A DNA stretch of 64,000 nt from Selaginella moellendorffii (Eukaryota > Plantae > Lycopodiophyta), in the NCBI RefSeq assembly GCF_000143415.4, contig NW_003314422.1, forward strand, positions 62,001-126,000, in the 5' to 3' direction. This document shows positions 25,266 to 37,000 of this stretch, piece after piece (within the stretch, counting starts at the first letter, position 1; every line of letters begins with the position of its first letter). The notes under the pieces are model-generated. The model saw nothing but the letters and a program-made list of their open reading frames with translations. It did no database searches and was not told the DNA's origin. The position numbers and the translations under genes were made by a program.

Positions 25266-26189
25266 ATGCCTGGGTTTGGCTCCTCGTGGCTCTCTTCGTC
25301 CCCATTCAGGCAAGTATAGTTTTGAACAGTCAAAATGGATTTGTTCTGTTCTTTTTTTGTCTTTCTTTTATATGCTGTGAATCGATCAAATCGAGTGTAA
25401 ATCTTTGGAATGTTTCCAGGGGCAAACGCAGCACGGACTCATCGTCTCCTGCCAAGTACCAGCGCTCAGCAAATGCCACGACCAAAGGCGAGCAGCACAC
25501 GGCAAAGCAGCCAAAGTTTCAGGTGCGTGTGCATGAGCTTTCATTCCATTTCTTTTTACCTTTTCTTTCTCCTGAGGGAACGCCCCAGAATCTAGAAGGA
25601 GTTTTGTGAAAAAATTTAATGTTTCTTTTCAAAACGAAGAAGCCCAGGAAACTCACACAAAAGCTTCGCTGTGTTTTTTCTCTTTGTTTTTTTTTTTTTA
25701 CAGTTCCAGACTCTTGTGTTCAAGGTTCAAGTCCATTGCGATGCGTGCATGGGGAAAGTGAAGAAGGCAATTGCCAGCATTGAAGGTAAGGATCTCATTT
25801 TCCATTAGAATCTTTCAGTCTATAAAAATCCCTCCTTTGTGAAAATTGTAGGAGTTGAATCGATTTCTGTCGACTTGAAGCAGAAGAGGATCACTGTTAC
25901 GGGTCACTTTGATCAGCAAAAGCTCCTCAAGAGGGTGGCCAAGACTGGAAAACAGGTGGAGCTCATCACCACCAAAGATGGAAGCAGCAGCAAAAACACC
26001 ACCACCACCAACAACAACGGCATGATCGATCAGAAGCCTCTCATGGTTTTCCCGATGGATTCCAGCGCCACAGGAGCAAACGCTCCACTTTTCTCCCTGC
26101 AATTCTCGCCTGCCGAAGCCATCAACAGCAACAGCAACAGCAGCTTCATGTTCAGCGATGAGAACGTAAACGGCTGCTGCATCATGTAA
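25266..26189 (+). CDS. Heavy-metal-associated isoprenylated plant protein (HIPP); exons 25266-25309, 25420-25522, 25704 or 25710 to 25785, 25852-26189
   Basis: HMA motif VHCDAC, VTG..D..KLLKRV.KTGK, C-terminal FSDENVNGCCIM (CaaX). The first intron is GC-AG. Confidence 0.88.
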
Positions 26190-26538
26190 CTTTTGGGTTA
26201 TAAAAACATCCTTGCTTTAGCCTTTGTTTTTAAAATCCTACTTCCCTGATCGATCGAGCAGATGTCAATTCGTGGCGTGGCATGGAATTTTTATTCGCAC
26301 CCGCGAATCCAGCATCCCTCGGGGAACCAAAACCGTAAAAAAAAAGAGAACAATCCACACCCGGAAAAATCTTCCCGTTTGAGAGGGATCAAACTCAAGT
26401 GCCGGCACGCAAGGATTTCAAACGAAAACCGTGATGATGTTATCGTACAATGGAAAGAAACATAACCAAACGAATCTAATGCTAATCTCTCAAGGAGATC
26501 ATCAAGAGGGAAAAAAAAGAAGAAATGAGCCAAAGAGC

Positions 26539-27517
26539 TTACATGATAGAGCAACTGTTTGCATTGTCGTCGCTAAACATGTAGTCCATGTCGCTGCGAA
26601 CTTGGGGTGTCACGCGATGGATGTACGGAGCCATATGAGCGGTGTTTTGCTGCGACCTCTTGTCGACCTGGATGGTGTACGGCTTGGTCGTGGCGACGTG
26701 ATGATCCGCGATGATCAGGGCCGGCTTGCTGTTGTTGCTGTTGCCGCCGCTCATGTGGCTGATTCCGGACGAATCTTTGGATCCCACAAGCTCCACGCTC
26801 TTGCCCGTCTTGGAGACCTTCTTGAGCACCTTCTTGGGGTCGATGTAGCCCGTCACGGACACCTTCTTTTGCTTTTGGTCAACGGAGATGGAGTCAACAC
26901 CTGTTTGAACGGTTTTGAATCAGTCCGGGCTGGATCACGATAAAAGATCTTTGAACATATACCGTCAATGTCTGCAATGGCCTTCTTCACCTTTCGTATG
27001 CAAGCATCACAGTGGATCTGAACCTTGAGAACAATGGTCTGCGAGAAAAGTATAAAATCACAAAGGAGCAACGGAAAGATGAGGAAGCTGCTGTCTAGCA
27101 AGAGCAGAGACTTCCATTCTGTACCTGATACTTGTTCATTTTGTAGGCTGGCTCCACCTTGCCGCCCTTGTGCTTCCCATGGAGGGAGTATAAGTTGTTG
27201 GTGTTGCGATAATAGTCCGAAGATTTGGGAGTGGAGTAGTAGACAGACTTGCCGTTGTTTGCAGCAGCAGCAGCAGCAACAGCGACGGCGGCCGGGGAGT
27301 AGTAATTCTTGCCGGATTTACCATGGCGGCTGTGGTTTTGGGCGTGGCCGGGCTGATGGGACGAGTAGTAACTCCCCTTGTTGTTACCAGTGGAGTAGTA
27401 ATCCGGTGACTGGAGGCTGGATGAATCATACTCTTCCAGTTCTTCGTCGCTGTAACTTACGTCTGAGAAGTAACTCTTCGGCGACCCCTTGCTCTTCTTC
27501 CCTGAAGACTTGTACAT
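26539..27517 (-). CDS. HIPP paralog; exons 27517-27125, 27038-26963, 26900-26539
   Basis: IHCDAC, VTGYIDPKKVLKKVSKTGK, FSDDNANSCSIM (CaaX); phase-compatible GT-AG introns. Confidence 0.9.
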
Positions 27518-29134
27518 TTCCTTTCTCTCTCTCTCTTTCCCTTGTTTTGCTTCTGATCCTGATCTAACTAGAGCTTTCTATCGAGGAGACGAGAAGAATG
27601 TAGAGCTTAAACTACAAGAGGCGTAAGAAACACTCGAGACTGGAAGTCTTTATATATCCTCGATTGATTTGGCGCTGCTGAACAGAGAGTGAGTCTAGAG
27701 AAAGAGAAAGAGTGCACAGACAACATGAGCTCTACGCATTCTCAGGCGGTCAGGGGACAGGCGGTCTAGCTAGCATTAGAAGGACCTGGGAACTACACTT
27801 AAATGCAAAACATCCATGCTTTGTACTTAAGTCTCCTGGTTTAAGTAGTCGGTCAGGTGTTGGCCTAGATTTTCACCAGTCTTCCAGATTTCAAAATCTA
27901 TCTTTTCTTGAAAAGAAATCTTACCTAGTATGGATTGAGACGTGTGTCCATGGTCGGCATGCTCACACTGTCTTGGAAGAAGGGTCCAACGAGAGGAAGC
28001 CAACACATTAGAGAATCATACTTCTAAAGAAGGGTATTATGGTGTTATTCCACCTGTAATTAATTCTCGATTTTACGAATTTAAGTTAAACTAGCATAAA
28101 TATTACTTTATTTCAAACAATTTTGAATTTAACTATTGTGTGATTATGTAAATGATAATGGATATACTTGGAATATTCTTGGGTATTCTAGTATATTCTT
28201 ATGTTTATTATATACATATTTAAAACTTATAAAAGTTCTTAAGCTCTAGCATATTTTACAATCTAATGGTTTTGATATTAATCTTCTGTTTATAAATTAT
28301 AAATATTCTTATAATTTCTTGTAGTGTTTTAAATTTCAATGGATAAAAATATATTTTTTTTTGCATTGAGGCTTCCTTATGGGCAATTGCAAATTTGAAG
28401 TTGAGGGATCATGTTAGGGTCTAGTGGAGCTCAGTATTAAACTTTTCTATGCTGGATGTTGAAAGATGTAAATGCAATGTCTATAAGAATTCTTAATTAA
28501 AAATTCACATCTTCTTATGCTCACAGGAATAATCTCTAAATTGAAATCTAAGTATGTGCTTTAAAACCATTCAACATTTCCTTTGGATTCTCACATCAAC
28601 TTTCTCTATTTCTTGCCTGGTGAGCAATCTCTATTACAATTTGGACACGTTCAAGCAATGTGGTTATAAGAACAACTAAATCTATATATCTAGCAAGGTG
28701 AAAAAAGTATTCAATCCTTGTTTGTAGAAATTTAATGATTTCTTTTACAAATCCATTATTTTTTCCTAAATTACTGATCAATTTGTAAATTTAAGTATAA
28801 AATATTTTAGATCTTGATAATAGAAGAATTTATATAACTGGTATAAAAATACTAGCATATTGAATAAATTTTAATAACAATTTATCATTTATGTCATAAT
28901 ACGTAATATCATACTCCCTTATCTAAATCTACTTTTCATATCTAGCATCTAGGTGTCATATATTCTTTTTCTAGAATATTACTTAGGATTATGCTTTTGA
29001 TCTAATGGTTGAAATTTAAAAATTCAAAACATGTCAAACACTTCAATTTGACACTCTAATCAAGTTAGGTTAATACCACTGTTTATTTTGTACTTTTTAG
29101 CTTGCCAAGAATTGGGTGTGCAATAACAACTAAA

Positions 29135-30050
29135 TCAATCAAGTAGACAAGATCAAAATCTTCAAATTCCACACATAGGTGTTACCTACCTACAAGTAAG
29201 TATAGACACCTTTACTTTCTTTATTTCCAAAGACAATTGCTATTGTAATTGTAATGGAGCTAGTGTGCTTGGTGATTGATTGTCCTCAGATGGATGGATT
29301 GGATGGATATGAGAATTGGTAGTAAAAGCATGAGGAGTTATACCATATGCTATAAATGCCACTATCAACTAAATTTGATTGTTCAACTACAATTTCATAG
29401 CATTGAGCAATCACACTAATTGCTGCTCTAGAGTCAAAAAAGGAAGAGGCTATTGCTCTATCATAAAGATGAATAAAAAGAAAAAAAAAAGCAAAAAAAA
29501 ATAAATTGAAAAAGCTATAAGAAAAGCTCAATTTAAATAAAATCCTAAATCCAAGCACTCCTCAAGGACAATCAAAATTGCCCCTTCCACCAATGTGAGT
29601 GCATAGAAGATAGATTGGAATATAGAAATGTGCATATTAATTAGCCCAAAAACCTTAGTTTATATACAAAAGCAAATGGTCCAAATTGAAATCAATTCAC
29701 TACATTAATATTAGTATATGGCATCATAACTGTACACTTTGACCATAAAACACAAATTAAATACTTAAAATATTTTTTATTTGTGAATGACAATGTTTAT
29801 TTATTTATCCATCAACTTTTCTCTATTTTGAGCTTGTATTAAAGTCATTGATTTTATTCTCTATAGCCAAGTCAAGATGCTCTAGATCCTCCTTCCAATT
29901 TAGCTAAACATGCAATTTGACCAATCCAAGGACAAAGTCAGTCAATCAAAATTTTCAAATTCCATAGCACACCCATAGGTATTACATACCTATAAGTATT
30001 GGCTTTTAGTAAAGACACCTTTACTTTCTTTATTTCCAAAGATAATTCTA
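29135..30050 (+). repeat. Diverged ~110-bp direct duplication (~29135-29246 and ~29940-30050)
   Basis: Both copies share TCAAATTCCA, CATAGGT.TTAC.TACCTA.AAGTA and AGACACCTTTACTTTCTTTATTTCCAAAGA.AATT. Confidence 0.7.
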
Positions 30051-33000
30051 TTTGTCGCGAATGTGACTTCGGTTATCAAAAGTTACTTATCGGTCAGTCC
30101 TTACGGACTCTCTTTCTTTACTGCTACGACGGCAGAAGGTCAGTATTGCTGGACCTGTTATCAATCTTCGTCTAAGCTAGTTGAGAAACTGGTCTTCATG
30201 TGTGCACTTGACCAAATGAGCATAAGGAAGGAATTCCTAAGTGTGTATTTAGTTAAACATACTTGACCTGGTTAGAGAAACTCATTCGTTGACTTGCACT
30301 TGCTAGTGTTGGGAACCCCCGCGATATTGAACTTGGTCCCTCAATATTTGCTAAATGATAGCTTACCATGTCTGCCAAACACCCTCGCTATCATGCCCTT
30401 AGCATTAGTCTCAATTCGGTCCCAAATGTTATTTATGAAAAGTGTCTAGATTTGCTCATTTGGCATATTTACGGAATATAGAGATTGTATTCCAATACCA
30501 AGACCAACACGCAAAACAGAGCCAAACAGAGTCTACTGCTATTTCAACATACCGGTGGCCTAAAGTGAGGATATGGGTACTCCACTAGCTAACATGGAAA
30601 GTTGCTCTGTAGTCTGGTTCCGTCACTCCTTGGCTCCATGCTTAGGAGTTTGGCATTGTTCCTTTGTTTAGTGGCCCAAGGCCATGAACCTCGGGTTTTG
30701 CACCACTGTCCTTTGGACACATGGCATATAACACATGGCATGTGTCACGTGGCATAAAAAGGGTTAAGGTTCTGCTTCGTGGTGTTATCCTATGGTAAAT
30801 CACCATAGGATAAAGGGTCAAAACCACGTGCGCTACATTTGGTATCAGAGAGTGAGTCTCGGTGAGTTTTATCCAATGAGACTGGGCAACTAGTCTCGTT
30901 GCATACGTAGAGATGAAAATGATAATCCGAGTGGGTACATGTTTGGGTGTAAGGGCTTCGCATTCGTTTTTTGGGTATGGATTTTGGTTACCTTTCGTAC
31001 CATATTGCATGAGCTTGCTCTTGGGCTCACTAGAGGGATTGTTGTTCCATTCGCATGAGTTTGCGCTTGGGCTTGTGAGTGAGGCACATTAGCACAAGTT
31101 TGAGCTTGGGCTCATGAGTGAGGTGCATTAGCAACTCAAGGTTGCACTTTGAGTTGGCAGGATTAATGTTAGCCTATCAGTGGTTCCATGAGTTGTTTCA
31201 ATGGTTCCATGAGTTGTACCTTGTGCCATGGGTGAAAGTAAACCTTCCCTGGGTTTGTTATGAGTGGTAAATAGGCTGGTCCGTAGCTGTTTAGCACAGC
31301 ACTAGTGGATCCTTCCTAAGCATGATTACAAGTGAATCAACCAAGACTATAGAGATTAGTCTATTGGTTCAAGTTGTCATTGCCGTGCTCTCTCATAAAC
31401 TTTTCTTGGATTGGACCGAAAGTAGTGTGAAAGCAAGTTTGAGGTTTAGTCAAATATGAGACCGAAAAGAGAGTCATCGGGGACGAAAGATCAAACACGA
31501 AAATCATTTCCTCTTTTTGGAGAGATGATTTGCAACAAGGTGTGACTCATTGCTTGTATTCATATTATGTAATCAAGAGTTCTTACCTTAATGCATGTTG
31601 GAAATGATGGTCTTACAATTGGCAAGTTGTGGGATGGATAGTGGTGAAGCGCTATACCATTTTGTCTAGGCTTGCTATTGGAAAACTTGGGTTGTAATGC
31701 TTAATTCTTTTCCGGGACTTTACTATTGCCCCTTGGGTAGCTTGGTGTTAGATTAGTTTTGAGTTTGGTTGAAAAGAGAGTGGCATGAATTTGTTTGTGT
31801 TGTGAACAAAAGTTAGTGATATTGAGTGTTGTAAATCTCTATTGGTGGGGTGTGGCATTTATGTTGCATTTTGTCGAATCAAGTTGACACTTGATACTCA
31901 CATAAATCTTTGTAGTAGTGACATGGGCATTGCATAGTGTTGCTTGATTGATGATCAAGACATTGTGATTTTTCATATCATATCTATGTGATAATGAGTA
32001 ATGTGTTTACAAAGTTGCTTGGTTAAACAATGATCAACCCCAATGTGGTTGATGGTGAAACTAGTTTACTTGCAAATAGTAGCATTGTAGTAACTTTGAC
32101 TGGATTCCTGATGGTGATTCATTATACTAAGCTTAAGTTAGTTCCTTAGTTTCTTGAGTTAGCCCATTGAGGTGTTGGAAAAGGTTATAGCATTCACTTG
32201 CTATGGCTTATCAATTAATCCATTAACACTTGGAGTAGATTGTTAGATGGAAAATGTGTGTAGTTGAGGCATTGATATTGCTAGCACTTGTGTTAGTGGA
32301 AGTGGCATTGTTGTTTTGAGTGATGAGGAATTTTCCTTAGAGCTTGATTTTCCATGTCATTTTTCTTGTTAATGTTTTGGCTTCACATTGGATCTTGAAA
32401 GTGGTAGAAGAAGAGTGTTAGTGCAATATGGATATCTGAAGATATAATCTTCGTGATCAAGCCTTGGATGTTCATTTTGCATTTTGCGGATATCGGTGTT
32501 GGATGTTGGAAAAATGGGCAAAGATGTTCGAGGCTTAAACATACTATGGGTCATGAGAATTTGTGTTGAGGTGAACCTATGTGAAGTTGTTAGTAGGAGG
32601 AAGTTGGTTAAGTCTTGAAAGTTTGTATTTCTGGACTGAGAGTCATTCTTTCTCTAGGATGGAAAAATTTCCACAAATTTTCTTAGATTTATCCAATGGA
32701 TAATTTATTGATCATTTTGTCTGAAAACCATTCCGATTTTGTAAGCTGGTACAAACTAGTGAAGGGCTTGGAGTTGGCTTCGGTTAGCTTAAACCTTAGT
32801 ATGTAGTTTGTATGATGTGGCCCAAAAGGGATGCTGACTTTTGGGGCTAAAGTAATTGAGTTGGATAGAGTCTAGAGTTGGTGTAAGAAACTGGCCATTG
32901 CACTTTTCCCAGAAAGGTGACCCTTGTGTGTTTCTTTTATAGCATTGTGCTTGGTGGCAGGTTGCACTTTGCATTTAGTTAGACTCTATGAGAGTAGTGG

Positions 33001-34009
33001 GCTCTCACTGATCTTGACTTAGTCTTGGTGGCCTTACGCCTTGGCTGAGGATGATGATGTCTAACTTAGTTGTTTGTAGTTGAGATGTTGGTACTCATAT
33101 TATAGCTTTGTCTAAATGGAGGTTGTGTACCAATATGAATCCATCTCATGGTCATCACTTTAGTTTCGAAGTGTTGATCATGCATAGCTAGCTTCTTCAA
33201 GGCATGCTTAAAGTTATTGGCTAAATGCATTGGTGTGCTTGTCACGGTTGAGTTGGATTTGAGTAGTCATTTAATTCATGTTTGTCCATGAACCTTTATC
33301 TCATACTTGGGGTATTACATTCATGTTAGATAAGTGTATGACTCGATGACGTGAGTTTAGTGCTTAGGTCTTGTGGAAGGCAAGTTGAAGAGTGATTGTT
33401 GGTTGCTTGACAACTAATGATTGCTTGTAGACTTCATCGAAGACTGTGACATTTGCTTCGCTCGATGATGATGTAGTAGTGATAAGTTTGCTTTACTGGA
33501 TGGTGTTGCGGAGGATCGTATTGTTAGACTTACATGGGTTTTCCATGTTGGCATATTGACTCCACCTAAGCTCTATTTCGTTAAAGTGGGAATTGTCATT
33601 ATCCCACTTGTAAAATAAGGTTTCCAAACCTTTATATAGTATATAAATATAACAAAATTCAACTGCATTGAGGCACATGCCATTTTATTTTAAACAAGGA
33701 AATGTCTACTCAATCACTTCTCCTCCCCCTGCCACTGCTTCACCTCTCTCTTCTCCTTGTCATTGTCGTCCAATTTCTTTCCATCCTTTTAATATTGGTT
33801 CAGTTGCTCCGAGTCTAGGTAGAGCCCAAGTCCCCATTCAATCTTTACTTTCCCCTTATTAATAAAACAACTTCGTAGACTTCCAATAACATGCTGTAAC
33901 ACTTCTAGTATAATGCAAATCCTCTCAAAGAATTGTCTTTTAATATTAATACAATGGCATGGAACCCCATGCCATAATAAGTTACATTTTTAAATAAATA
34001 CATGCCATC

Positions 34010-37000
34010 TCAGACTGTTATTTTTTGCCTCCAACGCCTATACAATAATCTTGGAATTTCATCACTCTCCACACTATTAGGATTTAAACCCAATAGTAAT
34101 GCCATCTCTTCTCTAATACGTCCACGCTCATGTTCAGTGGTCGAAGAACTCATCCGGTTGAGCAGATTATGGAGATGCGGATAGTGCTTGGCTAGACAAT
34201 ATACATGCCATAAATGATGACTGGTGTCTGTCCAATCAAATAGCTTTTGATATACCATTCCATCTGCCATTTGGTTGATTTCTGCAGCCACCTCCTGGAC
34301 TGGCCGGTTCTCTATCACCATCGCTCCAAGCCGTTTTGCAAGGTCCCCCAGAACATACGGTTTCTTCTCCCTAGTTTCCATACTGCAAGAGATGGGGTGC
34401 ACTGCATATGTGTGCGTGTTCGCTGCAGTTTTAATCGGCGAGTCATCGATGATGAGGATTTCACTTGACCTAGCAGTCCGGTTCATCACTACAGCCTCTG
34501 GCTTGACGAAGATGGGCTTGCTACCCCTCACATGGACCATAGTCAAGCAATCCTCCTGCGTTAGGAGAAAGTCAAATGGTAATATTACTCGCGTCTGATC
34601 GTGCATCATCTGTAGCAACGTTAATGCATTGTGGCGCATCATGGATGTCCAAACTCCCAATTGCAAATTGAACCTGGCCCTCTGTTTTAAGTGTCGCATG
34701 GTCATTATTAGATCCCGCAGTTTCTCCCGTGTGATTAATGTGAATCTGTCTCTTTTGACCAACTTGCGACTGCAGGCTTTGGAGGGTGCAGTGACATTCG
34801 AGGACGAGCCACGCTCATGGGAGAAAAGGACACCGTTCAGATCAAAAATGATACAGTACCTTCGCCGTGACTCTGAAATGAAATGCGTCAGCATAAAAAA
34901 TGGTACAAGTCAATTTTACCATCTACAATATTAGCGAATGGTGCTCCCGATGGTCGTTGAGAGGGTTTTGGTCGAGGAAACGTGAAGGGCGGAAATACTC
35001 TCCTCTGCAATGTGGGGTCAATCGCATCCGATGGTGTGTGGGCACATGCCATTTCAGCTGTAGACTCTGGTACAACTGGCTCAACAGTGGCATGGGGTGG
35101 TTCTGATGGCGTGTGACCACACGCCATTTCAGCTGGTGCCTCCGTTGGCAAAGTGGACATGACCGAACAGGCAGCAGGGGCGGTGTAGGGAGGTTCCAAC
35201 GGCGCGTAGTCAGACGATTGGGCACATGTTGAGTCCGTTGGAAATGAGGATACGACCGGCTCGGCGGCTAGGGCAGCCTTATGCGGGTCCAATGGCGCCT
35301 GGTCACCGTCAGTTGGATACGTGGACAAGATTGACTCAGTGGTATGGGCAGCATCAAGTGGAGCGTGGTCAGCTTGCTTAGCGTTGATATGGATAGTAGC
35401 CTCCACCAGCTCTGATGACTCTTGCAGGCAAGTAGAGTCCACTGGCGGATCCATATGCATGTCCAAATATCTCCCTTCGATTGAGATGGTATCCTCCCTA
35501 CTGGCTACTAAAAACAAACTCATTAGCACATTGAATCGACTATACTGTATTTACCATCAACTGCTATTGAGGAACTAGGACCGATATCACTTGGGCGCAC
35601 TGCTGATTCTGAAGGATTGGACATACGTTTCGACCCTTTCTTGGCACTATCCTTCCTCGACACTAAAGGCTAGAGTTTGTATCTTAATTCAACTGAATAA
35701 TCTTTACTTACCATTTGCTTTGCAACCTACATGGACAATGGTAAAAGGTTAGGAATGGATGTACTATTATTTACCTGATGGTTTGTCTTGTATGACCTTC
35801 CTCCGCTGCTCTTTGGCCACCTCAGGCTGGCCATCGTCGTCATCATCGTCGTCGTCGTTATTGTGATTGTCACCATTGTGAGGACCATCCAAGTCCTCTT
35901 CGTCCTCCTCTTCTTCGTCCTCCTCTTCTTTGTCCTCCTCTTCGTCCTTCTGCTCTTCCTGCTCATTATCTTTCTCTGGCTCCTCATCCCCCTCCTGCAT
36001 TTCTTCCATAGGCTGCTCAGGCTGGATGGCTTGTTCTTCTAGGACCATCTTGGGAAAATCATCTGGCCGAGTCTCCATCTCAAAATACAAGACATCCATA
36101 GCCTGTTTTAGTGCGTGACCTAGGACCGTATCCTCACCCGATTGTCTTAACATGGTTTCTGCACGTTCTTGCACCCTTCGAAGATGACGAGATGAGAAAA
36201 ACGTGGCCCTGACTTGAAAAGCATCCCTCATCCATTGTACCTCTCCATTGAGATTGGGGAAGGGGAGTCTGCCATAGGAATCTGAGTCAGGAGGTGGTGA
36301 CCGCGAGGCATTACCTATCATCTTTTCGTTGCCCTTCTTCCTTTTCGAATCAAACGCCTCTTATCCCGACGATTGTCCAACGTGCTTTCGCTTTTTATGA
36401 CCACTGTCAGTTTGAGCTTGGCTGGTGCTTGCCTGTTTTGCCTTTGAAGAAGTGTCTCCTGCAAGGAATGGCATGAGACCACACGCCATTGCAAATATAA
36501 TTTGTACCTCCTTTTTTCCTATTGCTTGTCTGTTTGTCCTTCTTTGACGCGCCACCAGTGCGCTTTTCAGTCCTCGTGTCTGAATATTCACAACGATCTA
36601 TAATCAAAATGGCGTGAGGCCTCACGTGACCTTACCTTGTGCAGGTTGTGAGCTCGGCCCAACATGGGTATCTTCAACAGTAGCTGTTAACGCCGTTTCA
36701 GCATCTGGGGGTGGCCACGCTCCTGCATACAGAGCTTGTGAGATAACATTTAAACTTAAAGTGCGTACTCACCAGGTTCGCAGAGAAGATACTGTTTTTC
36801 TTTGGCAACTGTAATTATATGCTCCATTGAAGTCACCTCTTCAATGGAGTTTGTCACCGCAACACACGGGACACCCTTGAGTAGTGCGGCTCGAAAGAAT
36901 AGTCCGCCGCAGTTGTACTCGACAACGCATTTGCCCTTGGAGTCGGAAGCAGGTGACCCACCCGCTATTGCGTTGAAGACCCAGCTGAGCATTTCCCATG

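Noticed and set aside
27600-29130. AT-rich stretch as a gene or MITE
   Set aside because: No credible ORF, TIR or TSD identified by eye.
33565-33569. 2-bp TA or CC TSD for the large transposon
   Set aside because: The 4-bp ACCT duplication with complementary A...T termini explains both junctions better.
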